A stretch of DNA of 43,994 bases from NCBI GenBank assembly GCA_943328785.2, contig CALQBJ020000003.1, positions 1-43,994 on the forward strand, read 5' to 3'. The notes under the pieces were generated by a model. It was not told the DNA's origin. It saw only the letters and a list, made by a program, of their open reading frames with translations, and did no database searches. Within the stretch, counting starts at the first letter, position 1; every line of letters begins with the position of its first letter. This DNA comes from Bifidobacterium breve. GTDB taxonomy: Bacteria > Acidobacteriota > Vicinamibacteria > Vicinamibacterales > CAVVIG01. Of this stretch, positions 18,149-27,541 are shown piece by piece. Both the position numbers and the translations under genes were made by a program.

Positions 18149-21100
18149 ATGAAATCTCTTCTTAGATCGTGCTTGATGAGTACGGTCGCGGCGTTCCTCG
18201 TCGTCGGAGGCGGTGCGACTCCGTCGTACGCACAGGGTGTCACCACGGCGGCACTGACCGGTGTGGTGAAGGACTCTCAGGCCGCGGTCGTCCCGGGCGT
18301 TACGGTCTCGGCCGTCCATCAGCCTTCGGGCACGAGCTATCAGGCGGTGACGCAGACCGATGGCCGCTATACCATCGCCGGTATGCGCGTCGGCGGTCCG
18401 TACAAGATATCTGCCGAACTGAGCGGCTTCAGCACCGACGAGCGCTCGAACGTGACGCTCAACCTCGGCGTGACCACCGACATTTCGTTTGACCTGCGAC
18501 TGGCCACGGTGTCGGAGACCGTCCAGGTCGTCGGCCAGGTGAACCCGGTGTTCAGCTCGGGCCGAACCGGCGCTGCAACCGCAGTCTCGCGCGAAGAACT
18601 GGCGACGCTGCCAACCGTGTCGGGCCGCATCACCGACATCACCCGCCTGACGCCGCAGTACGGCGGCAGCGGCACGTTCGTCGGCCAGGACAACCGCGCG
18701 AACAACGTGACGGTCGACGGCTCTTACTTCAACAACTCCTTCGGGCTCGGCACGACGACGGGCGGTATCGGCGACCGCACGGGCGTGGCGCCCATCTCGC
18801 TCGAGGCCATCGAGCAGGTCCAGGTGAGCGTGGCTCCCTACGACGTGCGTCAGGGCAATTTCACCGGCGCTGGCGTGAACACCGTCACCCGCAGCGGCAC
18901 CAACCTGTTCACCGGCTCGGTCTACCACCGCTTCCGCAACGAGTCGTTCGTGGGTAAGGAAACGGCCGGCCAGGCGTTCAACCCCGGGACGTTCGACACC
19001 AAGACGACCGGCGCATGGCTCGGTGGCCCGATTGTGAAGAACAAGGCATTCGCGTTCTTCAGCTACGAGAAGCAGGAAGACACCCGACCGCTGAACACCT
19101 TCCGCGCCAACCAGGGCGGCGAACCGGTGGCCGGCAACGTGACGCGCGTGCTCGCGTCCGACATGACCGCGCTGAGCGCCTTCCTCAAGCAGAACTTCAG
19201 CTACGACACGGGCGTCTTCGAAAGCATCCCGAAGAAGACCCCTGGCACGCCCTGGATGATCAAGGGTGACTACAACCTCAGTGGCGCCAACAAGATCACG
19301 TTCCGTTACAACCAGCTGACCTCGAGCACGGACGTGAACCAGTCCGGTTCGTCGTCGCTCGGCACCAGTCGTCCGACACTGACCACGAATTTCCTCGCGT
19401 TCCAGAACTCGAACTACAAGATTCTCGAGAATCTGAAGTCGGGCGTTGGCGAGTGGAACTCGGCGTTCGGCACCGCGACGAACAATCTGATTGTCGGCTA
19501 CACCTTCCAGAACGAAAGCCGCGACCAGCTGGCTAACCTTTTCCCCTTCGTGGTGATCGGCGACGGACTGGGCAGCGCCCAGACCGCATTCGGGTCCGAG
19601 CCGTTCACGCCGTTTAACCTCCTGAGCTACAAGACGTTCCAGGCGCAGGACAGCCTGACCAAGTTCTCGAAGAACCACTCGTGGACGGTCGGCGGCGCGG
19701 TGGAGAAGTTCCACTCGGACAACTCGTTCTACTTCGGGTTGCAGAGTGCCTACTCCTACAACACGCTGGCGGACTTCTACACCGATGCCACCGGCTATCT
19801 GGCGAATCAGAACCGGAGCGTCTCGCCGGTCACCCTGAACATCTTCCAGACCCGCTACCTTCTCCAGTCGGGCCAGACGACCCCGCCGATGCAACCGCTC
19901 GACGTGGTCTACGTGAGCGGATACTTCCAGGACGAGTGGCGTCCGCGCAGCAACCTGACGGTCACGGCCGGAGTCCGCATCGACGTGCCGAAGTTCGGCA
20001 ACACCACCTTCCCGAACCCGGCGGCTGACTCGCTGACCTTCCGCGATCAGGACGGCTCGGCGGTGAAGTACTCGACGAACGCCTTGCCGGAGACAAAGCC
20101 CTACTGGTCACCGCGCGTCGGCTTCAACTTCGACGTGAGCGGCAACCAAGTCACCCAGGTGCGTGGCGGCACGGGCCTCTTCACCGGCAAGCCGCCGTAC
20201 GTCTGGATTTCGAACCAGATCGGCAACACCGGTGTCCTGTCGGGCTTCACGCAGACGAACAGCACGACGGCCTACCCGTTCAGCCCGAATCCGGATAAGT
20301 ACAAGCCGGCGGCGACTGGCGGCAACGCGGCCAGCTACGAGCTCGACGTCACTGACCAGGGCTTCCGCTTCCCGCAGACCTGGCGCACGAACATCGGCGT
20401 GGACCGCAAGTTGCCCTTGGGTCTGGTGGGCACGACCGACTTCATCTATAACCGCGACCTGAACGCTCCGGTCTACATCAACGCGAACCTGCCGGCGGCG
20501 CAGTCTGCCTTCACTGGCGCCGACACCCGCCCCCGCTGGGTGGCGACCTCGGCCTATCCGACCTGTGCGTCGGCCGGGCAGGTCGGCCCCTGTGTGACCC
20601 GTCTGAACAACACCACGGGGAACCAGATCACGGCGGCCTACGTGATCAAGAACCAGGACCAGAATCGCTCGTGGAACTACTCGGCCTCGCTGAGTAAGCA
20701 GACCAGCCATGGCTTCGCAGCGAAGAGCGGCTTCAGCTACGGCGTCTCCAAAAGCCTGGTTGAGCCATCGTCAACCGCCGGAAGTTCGTGGGGCTCGGCG
20801 AACCCGATTGCGTCCGACCCCAATAACCCACAGCTCTCCTACTCGGAGAACTCGCCAGGCAAGCGCTTTTTCCTGCAGTCGAGCTATTCGAAGCAGTACC
20901 TAAGCTTCGGCGCCACGACGATTTCGGCCTACTACGAAGTGCGCACGAACGGGAACACGACCTACGCGTTCTCGGGCGATGCGAATGGCGATACGGTGTC
21001 TGGCAACGACCTGATCTACATTCCGCAGAACAGCTCGGAGATGAACTTCACGACGTTTACGACCGCCGGCCGCACCTACCCTGCTGCTGAGCAAGCCGCC

Positions 21101-21490
21101 GCGTTCGAGGCCTACATCAGCCAGGACTTGTATCTGAGCAAGCACCGCGGTGAGTACGCCGGGCGTCGAGCGGTGTTCCTCCCGGTTGTGCAGCGCATGG
21201 ACCTCAGCCTCACGCAGGATGTGTTCAAGCGCCTGCGCGGCAAGCGTCACGGCGGCCAGATTCGCCTCGACGTCACGAACTTCGGTAACTGGCTGAACAG
21301 CAAGTGGGGCGCCGGCAAGCGCATTGTGAACAACCAGATCCTGACCAACCCGACGGTGGACGCCAACGGGGCGCTCGCCTATCGCCTGCAGCTCTCGGGC
21401 GGTAACTACATCACGAACTCGCTCCAGTCGACCGCTGGTATCGCGGACGTCCGCGTGGCGATGCTCAGCTTCCGCTACACCTTCAACTAA
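18149..21490 (+). CDS. TonB-dependent transporter, Oar-like, with N-terminal carboxypeptidase-regulatory-like domain
   Basis: Signal peptide; LTGVVKD...VPGVTV...GRYTI...GPYKI domain; plug motifs NNVTVDG and VNTVTRSGTN; barrel YFQDEW, SPRVGFNFD; C-terminal FRYTFN. Confidence 0.92.
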   Translation: MKSLLRSCLMSTVAAFLVVGGGATPSYAQGVTTAALTGVVKDSQAAVVPGVTVSAVHQPSGTSYQAVTQTDGRYTIAGMRVGGPYKISAELSGFSTDERSNVTLNLGVTTDISFDLRLATVSETVQVVGQVNPVFSSGRTGAATAVSREELATLPTVSGRITDITRLTPQYGGSGTFVGQDNRANNVTVDGSYFNNSFGLGTTTGGIGDRTGVAPISLEAIEQVQVSVAPYDVRQGNFTGAGVNTVTRSGTNLFTGSVYHRFRNESFVGKETAGQAFNPGTFDTKTTGAWLGGPIVKNKAFAFFSYEKQEDTRPLNTFRANQGGEPVAGNVTRVLASDMTALSAFLKQNFSYDTGVFESIPKKTPGTPWMIKGDYNLSGANKITFRYNQLTSSTDVNQSGSSSLGTSRPTLTTNFLAFQNSNYKILENLKSGVGEWNSAFGTATNNLIVGYTFQNESRDQLANLFPFVVIGDGLGSAQTAFGSEPFTPFNLLSYKTFQAQDSLTKFSKNHSWTVGGAVEKFHSDNSFYFGLQSAYSYNTLADFYTDATGYLANQNRSVSPVTLNIFQTRYLLQSGQTTPPMQPLDVVYVSGYFQDEWRPRSNLTVTAGVRIDVPKFGNTTFPNPAADSLTFRDQDGSAVKYSTNALPETKPYWSPRVGFNFDVSGNQVTQVRGGTGLFTGKPPYVWISNQIGNTGVLSGFTQTNSTTAYPFSPNPDKYKPAATGGNAASYELDVTDQGFRFPQTWRTNIGVDRKLPLGLVGTTDFIYNRDLNAPVYINANLPAAQSAFTGADTRPRWVATSAYPTCASAGQVGPCVTRLNNTTGNQITAAYVIKNQDQNRSWNYSASLSKQTSHGFAAKSGFSYGVSKSLVEPSSTAGSSWGSANPIASDPNNPQLSYSENSPGKRFFLQSSYSKQYLSFGATTISAYYEVRTNGNTTYAFSGDANGDTVSGNDLIYIPQNSSEMNFTTFTTAGRTYPAAEQAAAFEAYISQDLYLSKHRGEYAGRRAVFLPVVQRMDLSLTQDVFKRLRGKRHGGQIRLDVTNFGNWLNSKWGAGKRIVNNQILTNPTVDANGALAYRLQLSGGNYITNSLQSTAGIADVRVAMLSFRYTFN

Positions 21491-21523
21491 GGGACGCGGC
21501 CGCTCAGGCATTCGCACTCGTTG

Positions 21524-21558
21524 AAAAGCCCGGGGCATTCGTGCCCCGGGCTTTTTTT
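21524..21558 (+). terminator. Rho-independent terminator (possibly bidirectional)
   Basis: AAAA-GCCCGGGGCA-TTCG-TGCCCCGGGC-T7. Confidence 0.92.
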
Positions 21559-21654
21559 GTCTCAGACACCTGCACTGGGGTGGGCGAATCTGGTCATCAG
21601 CAAGCCCACACGACCGCTGGCAGCCTGACGTGGCGCTGGGGATAATGAGTACAT

Positions 21655-22212
21655 ATGGATTCCCAACTTGAAGGCTATCTGCTCCAGTTGACCTCCATCA
21701 CGCAGGAACTGCCTGGCGTTGTGGGCGGTCTCTCCGAGTCGCAGTTCAACTGGCGTCCCTCGGCCTCACGCTGGTCGATCGGCCAGTGCATCCAACACCT
21801 GAACATCACGCTCGAGCGCTACCTGCCCGTACTCGACCAAGCGATGTCAGCCGGGCGTTCCCATGGGCATGTTGCCGAAGGGCCGTTCGTCGGGACCTTG
21901 GTTGAGCGCTGGTTCATTCGTTCGATGGAGCCTCCGGTGCGGCGGCGTTTCATGACTCCCCCGAGCTTCGTCGGAGCCGCTGAGCTGCCGCTTGAATCGA
22001 CGCTGGCGACCTGGGAGCAACTGCACGGGCGACTGGCGCGGCTCATTCAGGAGTCGGAAGGTCTGGACCGGCGGCGGGTCAAGGTCCGGTCGCAATTCGC
22101 ACCGATCTCACTCGGTCTGGGCGCGACGTTTGTGGTGCTGCTGGCGCATGAACGTCGCCACCTGTGGCAGGCGCGCGAGGCAAGGCTGGAGATGGGGTCC
22201 AAGGCGGGGTGA
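21655..22212 (+). CDS. DinB-family (four-helix, His-metal) protein
   Basis: FNWRPS..RWSIGQCIQHL and HERRHLWQA motifs. Confidence 0.85.
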   Translation: MDSQLEGYLLQLTSITQELPGVVGGLSESQFNWRPSASRWSIGQCIQHLNITLERYLPVLDQAMSAGRSHGHVAEGPFVGTLVERWFIRSMEPPVRRRFMTPPSFVGAAELPLESTLATWEQLHGRLARLIQESEGLDRRRVKVRSQFAPISLGLGATFVVLLAHERRHLWQAREARLEMGSKAG

Positions 22213-22224
22213 CGAGGTGGGCGC

Positions 22225-22257
22225 AAAAAAAACGGCCGCCCTGTGAGGGGCGGCCGT
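22225..22257 (-). terminator. Rho-independent terminator of tonB-exbB-exbD-exbD
   Basis: - strand ACGGCCGCCC-CTCACA-GGGCGGCCG followed by T8. Confidence 0.88.
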
Positions 22258-22282
22258 GTCTGTGTACCGTCCGAGAACGGAA

Positions 22283-22750
22283 CTAGTTGCTGGCGACGCC
22301 GGCGGCCCTGCGCATGCCCGCCGTGACGATGCCGACCTTCTCGACGCCAGCACCGCGTGCTGCGTCGATAACGGCCATGATGTCACCATAGTGCAGCGTT
22401 TCCGCACCAGAGATGAACATCGTCTTGTCCTTGCGCTCTTCGAAGATCGTGCGCAGCTTGCTCTCAAGGTCGCCGATGGTGACGTCCTGCTTGTTCACCG
22501 AGAGGTGCTTGTCCGCGGTGTATTCCACCACGATCTGGCTCACATCAGGGGTCTGGTCGGTGGAGTTCTTCGTCTCCGCCGGCAGGTTGATGTCGACACC
22601 CTTCTGCGTGAGGGGCAGGGCCGCCATGAAGATGACGAGCAGCACGAGCAGCACGTCGATCAGCGGCGTGACGTTCATGTCCGAGTTGGCTTCCGCCGCT
22701 TTGCCCGTGACGACCTTTTCGGCACCGTAGTGTTTGCGCGCGTGTGCCAT
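22283..22750 (-). CDS. exbD: ExbD/TolR family protein
   Basis: MNVTPLIDVLLVLLVIFM transmembrane helix with conserved Asp; periplasmic YGDIMAVID. Confidence 0.9.
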   Translation of the reverse strand: MAHARKHYGAEKVVTGKAAEANSDMNVTPLIDVLLVLLVIFMAALPLTQKGVDINLPAETKNSTDQTPDVSQIVVEYTADKHLSVNKQDVTIGDLESKLRTIFEERKDKTMFISGAETLHYGDIMAVIDAARGAGVEKVGIVTAGMRRAAGVASN

Positions 22751-23190
22751 TACTGACCTCCCGCTCCGCCGCTCGCGACCTTGCGCTTCTCGGTGATGAG
22801 GCCAACGTCCTCGATCGCCGCCTGACGCAGCTGGTCCATCACGGCCATGACCGTCCCATACTCGACTTCTTCGTCTGCCTTGATCAGGACGATCTTCTCG
22901 GTCTTACCCTCGAGGATGTCGGTGACCTTCTGAGCCAGGTCGACTTCGCGAATCGGCTTGGCGTTCAGATAGATTTCCTTATTGGCGGCGACGGAGATGA
23001 CGGTCTGGTCCTGCGACTCCGGCTTGTCGACCGTGTTTGTAGCGGTCGGAAGCCTGAGGCTCACACCCTGCTGAAGCATGGGGGCGATGAGCATCATGAT
23101 GATGAGCAGCACCAACATGACGTCGACAAGCGGCGTCACGTTGATATCGGACTTGACTCCGCCTTTGGCGCCGCCAAGGTCCATTGACAT
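22750..23190 (-). CDS. exbD: ExbD/TolR family protein
   Basis: INVTPLVDVMLVLLIIMM; IKADEEVEYGTVMAVMD; stop overlaps start of next exbD. Confidence 0.9.
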   Translation of the reverse strand: MSMDLGGAKGGVKSDINVTPLVDVMLVLLIIMMLIAPMLQQGVSLRLPTATNTVDKPESQDQTVISVAANKEIYLNAKPIREVDLAQKVTDILEGKTEKIVLIKADEEVEYGTVMAVMDQLRQAAIEDVGLITEKRKVASGGAGGQ

Positions 23191-23246
23191 GGCTGTTTCT
23201 CCTAAACCCGTAAATGGCTATTGTCTCCGGGATGCAAGCTCCTGAC

Positions 23247-23286
23247 CCTGGAGTACCCAGAGCCTGGAGCCAGAACCCGGAAGCCT
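23247..23286. repeat. Degenerate tandem heptamer repeats
   Basis: CCTGGAG-TA-CCCAGAG-CCTGGAG-CCAGAAC-CCGGAAG between exbB and exbD. Confidence 0.45.
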
Positions 23287-23287
23287 A

Positions 23288-23959
23288 CTAGGCCGTCTTC
23301 TTGATGAAGTAGTCCACGAGCTCCGACGACGAGTTGTCCATCTCGACGTTGAAGTACTCGATGCGGGCGGTGAGGTAATTGTAGATCCAGACCGCCGGAA
23401 TCGCGACGACCAGACCAAGCGCCGTTTCGACGAGCGCTTCCGAAATACCAACCGACACCGCGCCGATACCGGCCGAGCCGCTGGCGCCGATGCCCTGGAA
23501 TGCGTTGATAACGCCGACGACCGTGCCGAGCAGACCGACGAACGGAGCCGTCGAGCCGATGGTCGCGAGCGCAGCGACGCCCTTCTTGAGATCCGAAGCC
23601 GTCAGGACCGACGCGCGCTGAATGGCGCGATGCACGGTGTCCATGATGTCCTCGCGGCTCAGGCCCTGGCCCGACTCATGCTGGAACTGGTATTCCTGCA
23701 GGCCGGCGAGCACAACCTTCGCGAGGTGGCTGTAACGGAATTCCTTCTTCTGCGAGAGGGCAACCGCTTCCTTCAGGCGGCCGTCCTTGAGGTGCTTCGC
23801 AACCTGGGGAGCGTAGAGCTTCGACTGAGTGCGCGCCTGCTGGTAGGTGAAGAAACGCTCGATGCCGACGCCGAGCGACCACATTGACATGATGACCAGA
23901 ACGAAGGCGACAGCCTTCGCGACGATCGTCATCTGCTGGTACATTTCCATAAAATCCAC
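23288..23959 (-). CDS. exbB: ExbB/TolQ/MotA proton channel protein
   Basis: LATIGSTAPFVGLLGTVVG, GISEALVETALGL; GGAGG 7 nt before GTG at 23959. Confidence 0.92.
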   Translation of the reverse strand: MDFMEMYQQMTIVAKAVAFVLVIMSMWSLGVGIERFFTYQQARTQSKLYAPQVAKHLKDGRLKEAVALSQKKEFRYSHLAKVVLAGLQEYQFQHESGQGLSREDIMDTVHRAIQRASVLTASDLKKGVAALATIGSTAPFVGLLGTVVGVINAFQGIGASGSAGIGAVSVGISEALVETALGLVVAIPAVWIYNYLTARIEYFNVEMDNSSSELVDYFIKKTA

Positions 23960-24041
23960 GGTCAATCCTCCATCGAGACGAAAGTTAGAAAACCGGATCA
24001 GGAGGGCCGGTCGTTCCTGTAGAACCGGCCCGCGTGAGTGT

Positions 24042-24767
24042 CTACTGCAGCGTGAAGTTCACCGTGACCGTCATGATGACCGGGACGGCCGTGCCGTTGA
24101 GCAGAGTGGGCGTGAACTGCCACTGCCGCACCGCGTCGAGCGCCGCTGCGTCGAGCAGCGGGATTGACCGAAGGACCTTCGCCTCGGCAACGCGACCGTC
24201 AGGCCCAATCGTCGCTTCGACGATGACGACGCCCTGAACGCGCGCGGACTGCGCGATCGAGGGATAGACCGGCCTGACGTCCTTCGTCTTCGTCGGTGGC
24301 TTGATGTTGCCACCCACGCGAACCGGCGCTGGCGGCGGCGGCGGGGGTGGTGGCGGCGGTGGCGCCGCATCGAGCCCACCAACAATACCGCCGGTGACCC
24401 CACCGACGACTCCGCCTTCGACACCGCTGGCCGCAGCACGATTCTGCTCGAGACCAGTTTCGGCCTTGATTTCCGACGGCGCCTCGACCGGGGCCGCAGA
24501 CGGGTTGACATCAACCTGCGGCGGCGGCGCCTGCGCCATCTGCGGCGGCGGTGGTGGTGGTGGTGGTGGCGGCGGTGGCGGCGGCGCCGCAACAAACGCC
24601 ATCATCGAGGGCGGCGTCGGAAGGATGTCCGCGGCCAGCAGCGGAATAATTACAACTGCCCCAAGTACCGCCGTGTGCACCACGATCGAAAGCGGAACGG
24701 TATACCAGGCTCGCGTTCCCACCTTGACGGATGGGTCCACGATGTCGCCGAACATGTCACGTGGCAC
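24042..24767 (-). CDS. tonB: Energy transducer TonB
   Basis: N-terminal TM with SIVVH, polyproline tracts, C-domain YPSIAQSARVQGVV...AALDAVRQWQFTP; GAGGAG RBS. Confidence 0.92.
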   Translation of the reverse strand: MPRDMFGDIVDPSVKVGTRAWYTVPLSIVVHTAVLGAVVIIPLLAADILPTPPSMMAFVAAPPPPPPPPPPPPPPQMAQAPPPQVDVNPSAAPVEAPSEIKAETGLEQNRAAASGVEGGVVGGVTGGIVGGLDAAPPPPPPPPPPPAPVRVGGNIKPPTKTKDVRPVYPSIAQSARVQGVVIVEATIGPDGRVAEAKVLRSIPLLDAAALDAVRQWQFTPTLLNGTAVPVIMTVTVNFTLQ

Positions 24768-24859
24768 TGATTCTCTCCTCCTCGCGATTCCGGCCGCTGC
24801 CGGAAGGGCCCCGACGCGACCGGCCCAAGGCTTGGCTCGCGGTCACGTCAAAGGCGGCG

Positions 24860-24889
24860 ATTATATCGACTCGGAATTCATCGAGTCAA
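24860..24889 (-). promoter_or_regulatory. Sigma-70-type promoter of tonB with an internal inverted repeat
   Basis: - strand TTGACT-N18-TATAAT; GACTCG-N8-CGAGTC at 24868-24887. Confidence 0.6.
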
Positions 24890-24936
24890 CGAGCTAACAG
24901 GGGGTTAGACACCGGATTCGTTGAAATGGGCCACGC

Positions 24937-27447
24937 CTAGGCGTGTTCCACGCCACCGATTCTCATCCCGTAGAACGATCTCCACACAAAGTAGAGGGAA
25001 ATGGCGAAAAAGACAGCCGAGAGGACAGTCGTGAGCCCGCTTCCTGATTCGCCAAGCCGCACAGCAAGTTCCACGGCCAGCAGACCAAAGAGGGTCGTGA
25101 ACTTGATGACGGGGTTCATCGCCACCGACGAGGTGTCCTTGAACGGGTCGCCGACCGTGTCGCCGACCACCGTCGCCGCATGCAGCGGGGTCCCCTTCAT
25201 CTTCAGCTCGACTTCGACGATCTTCTTCGCGTTGTCCCAGGCGCCGCCGGCGTTGGCCATGAAGATGGCCTGGTAGAGCCCGAACAGCGCGATGGAGATG
25301 AGGTAGCCGATGAAGAAGAACGGCTCGAGGAACGCAAACGCCAGGGTCGAGAAGAACACCGTCATGAAGATGTTGAACATCCCCTTCTGCGCGTACTGGG
25401 TGCAGATCTCGACCACCTTCTTGCTGTCTTCCACTGACGCCTTTTCGGCACCATCGAGCTTAATGTTCGCCTTGATGAACTCAACGGCACGATAGGCACC
25501 GGTGGTGACCGCCTGCATCGACGCGCCGGTGAACCAGTAGATCACCGAACCGCCCGTGATGAGCCCGAGCATAAACGGCGGATGCAACAGCGAGAGCTTG
25601 TCGAGGTTTTCGGTCAGCCCATGGGTGAGCCCCACGATGATCGAGAAGATCATCGTCGTGGCACCGACGACCGCCGTGCCGATGAGCACCGGCTTCGCCG
25701 TCGCCTTGAAGGTGTTGCCCGCGCCGTCGTTCTCCTCGAGCAGGTCCTTCGCCCGATCGAACTTCACGTCGAAGCCGAACTCCTTCTTGAGCGACTCCTT
25801 GATACCGGGAATCGACTCGATCACCGACAGCTCGTAGACCGACTGCGCGTTGTCCGTGACCGGACCGTAGGAGTCGACAGCGATCGTCACCGGGCCCATG
25901 CCGAGGAAGCCGAACGCCACCAGACCGAACGCGAATACCGCCGGTGCCAGCATCATTCCGCCCGCCGCCTGGTTGGCGGGATCGATTGCCGGAATGGCCG
26001 TGCTCACCAGATAGCCGATCCCCATTAGCGAGACGATGCTGAGACCGAGCCAGTAGGAGCTGAAGTTGCCGGCCACGAGGCCGGACAGGATGTTCAGCGA
26101 CGCGCCGCCCTCCCTCGAGGAGGTGACGACTTCCTTCACGTGCGACGACTCGGTCGACGTGAATACCTTGACGAGTTCGGGAATGATGGCGCCGGCCAGC
26201 GTACCGCAGGTGATGACGGTCGACAGCTTCCACCAGATGGTGCCGTCGCCGAGTTGCGGAATCAGGACGTAGGACGCGACGTAGGTCAGGACCACCGAGA
26301 CGATCGAGGTGAGCCACACCAGATTGGTGAGCGGCGCCTCGAAGTTCATCTTGTCGACGTCGCCGTACTTCGCCTTGGCCATCGCCTCATTGACGTAGTA
26401 GGACAGGCCGCTCGCGAGCACCATGACGATACGCATCATGAAGAGCCACACGAGCAACTGCACCTGGACCTGCGGCTCACGCACGGCCAGCAGCACGAAC
26501 GAGATCAGCGCCACGCCGGTCACGCCGTAGGTCTCGAAGCCGTCGGCGCTCGGGCCGACTGAGTCGCCTGCGTTGTCGCCGACGCAGTCGGCAATCACGC
26601 CCGGGTTACGCGCGTCGTCTTCCTTGATGTTGAAGACGATCTTCATCAGATCGGCGCCGATGTCTGCAATCTTGGTGAAGATGCCGCCCGCGATACGCAG
26701 CGCCGCCGCGCCCAGCGACTCGCCGATGGCGAAGCCGATGAAGCAGGGACCGGCGTAGTCACCCGGAATGAACAGCAGAATCATCAGCATGAGCAGCAGT
26801 TCGACACTGATGAGCAGCATGCCGATGCTCATGCCGGCCTGCAGCGGAATCGCGTAAATCGGGTACGGCTTGCCGCGAAGGCTGGCAAACGCCGCGCGCG
26901 AGTTCGCGAACGTGTTCACGCGGATGCCGAACCAGGCCACGCCGTAGCTGCCGGCAATGCCGATGAGGGAGAAGATCAGGATGATTGGCAACGTCACCGC
27001 GACCGACTTGCCTTCGATCGGGTTCAGCCAACCGTAATACGCCGAGATGATCACCGCGATGAACACCCACAGCAGCATGATGAAGCGGCCCTGGGTGATG
27101 AGATAGGTCTTGCACGTCTCGTAGATCAGCTCGGAGACCTCAAGCATCGAGCGATGCACCGGCATGTTCTTCAGCCTGTTGAACGTCAGCAGACCGAAGA
27201 GCAGCCCAAGGGCGCTGACGAGCAATCCGCTCATGAGGAGCGTATGTCCGTCGATGCCGAGGAAGCTGACGGAAGACAGGTCGGGCACCACCAGCGACGC
27301 TTCCCCACCATGTCGAACGGGGGCCGCACCGGCAACCGCCGCCTCAGGCTGCGCGGCGAGCGCGAGCTGCGGGGCCAAACCAAGCACACCGAGGAACGTC
27401 GCCATCAAAATCAGGCGACTGACGAATCTATGCACGGTCGCGTTCAT
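24937..27447 (-). CDS. hppA: Membrane-bound ion-translocating pyrophosphatase, K+-independent type
   Basis: GGIFTKIADIGADL...EDDARNPGVIADCVGDNAGD, DSYGPVTDNA, GNTFKA, GGAWDNAKK, GDTVGDPFKDTS; many TM helices. Confidence 0.95.
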   Translation of the reverse strand: MNATVHRFVSRLILMATFLGVLGLAPQLALAAQPEAAVAGAAPVRHGGEASLVVPDLSSVSFLGIDGHTLLMSGLLVSALGLLFGLLTFNRLKNMPVHRSMLEVSELIYETCKTYLITQGRFIMLLWVFIAVIISAYYGWLNPIEGKSVAVTLPIILIFSLIGIAGSYGVAWFGIRVNTFANSRAAFASLRGKPYPIYAIPLQAGMSIGMLLISVELLLMLMILLFIPGDYAGPCFIGFAIGESLGAAALRIAGGIFTKIADIGADLMKIVFNIKEDDARNPGVIADCVGDNAGDSVGPSADGFETYGVTGVALISFVLLAVREPQVQVQLLVWLFMMRIVMVLASGLSYYVNEAMAKAKYGDVDKMNFEAPLTNLVWLTSIVSVVLTYVASYVLIPQLGDGTIWWKLSTVITCGTLAGAIIPELVKVFTSTESSHVKEVVTSSREGGASLNILSGLVAGNFSSYWLGLSIVSLMGIGYLVSTAIPAIDPANQAAGGMMLAPAVFAFGLVAFGFLGMGPVTIAVDSYGPVTDNAQSVYELSVIESIPGIKESLKKEFGFDVKFDRAKDLLEENDGAGNTFKATAKPVLIGTAVVGATTMIFSIIVGLTHGLTENLDKLSLLHPPFMLGLITGGSVIYWFTGASMQAVTTGAYRAVEFIKANIKLDGAEKASVEDSKKVVEICTQYAQKGMFNIFMTVFFSTLAFAFLEPFFFIGYLISIALFGLYQAIFMANAGGAWDNAKKIVEVELKMKGTPLHAATVVGDTVGDPFKDTSSVAMNPVIKFTTLFGLLAVELAVRLGESGSGLTTVLSAVFFAISLYFVWRSFYGMRIGGVEHA

Positions 27448-27541
27448 CAGACCTCACACACGTCCAGCCAAGGGCGGACACTTGCGGTAACGAACACCGG
27501 CCCGGTTGGGCCGACTCAGCCTGTCAGGAGAAAACGTGGGA

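Noticed and set aside
24330-24587. (GGY)n trinucleotide runs
   Set aside because: They encode the normal polyproline spacers of TonB
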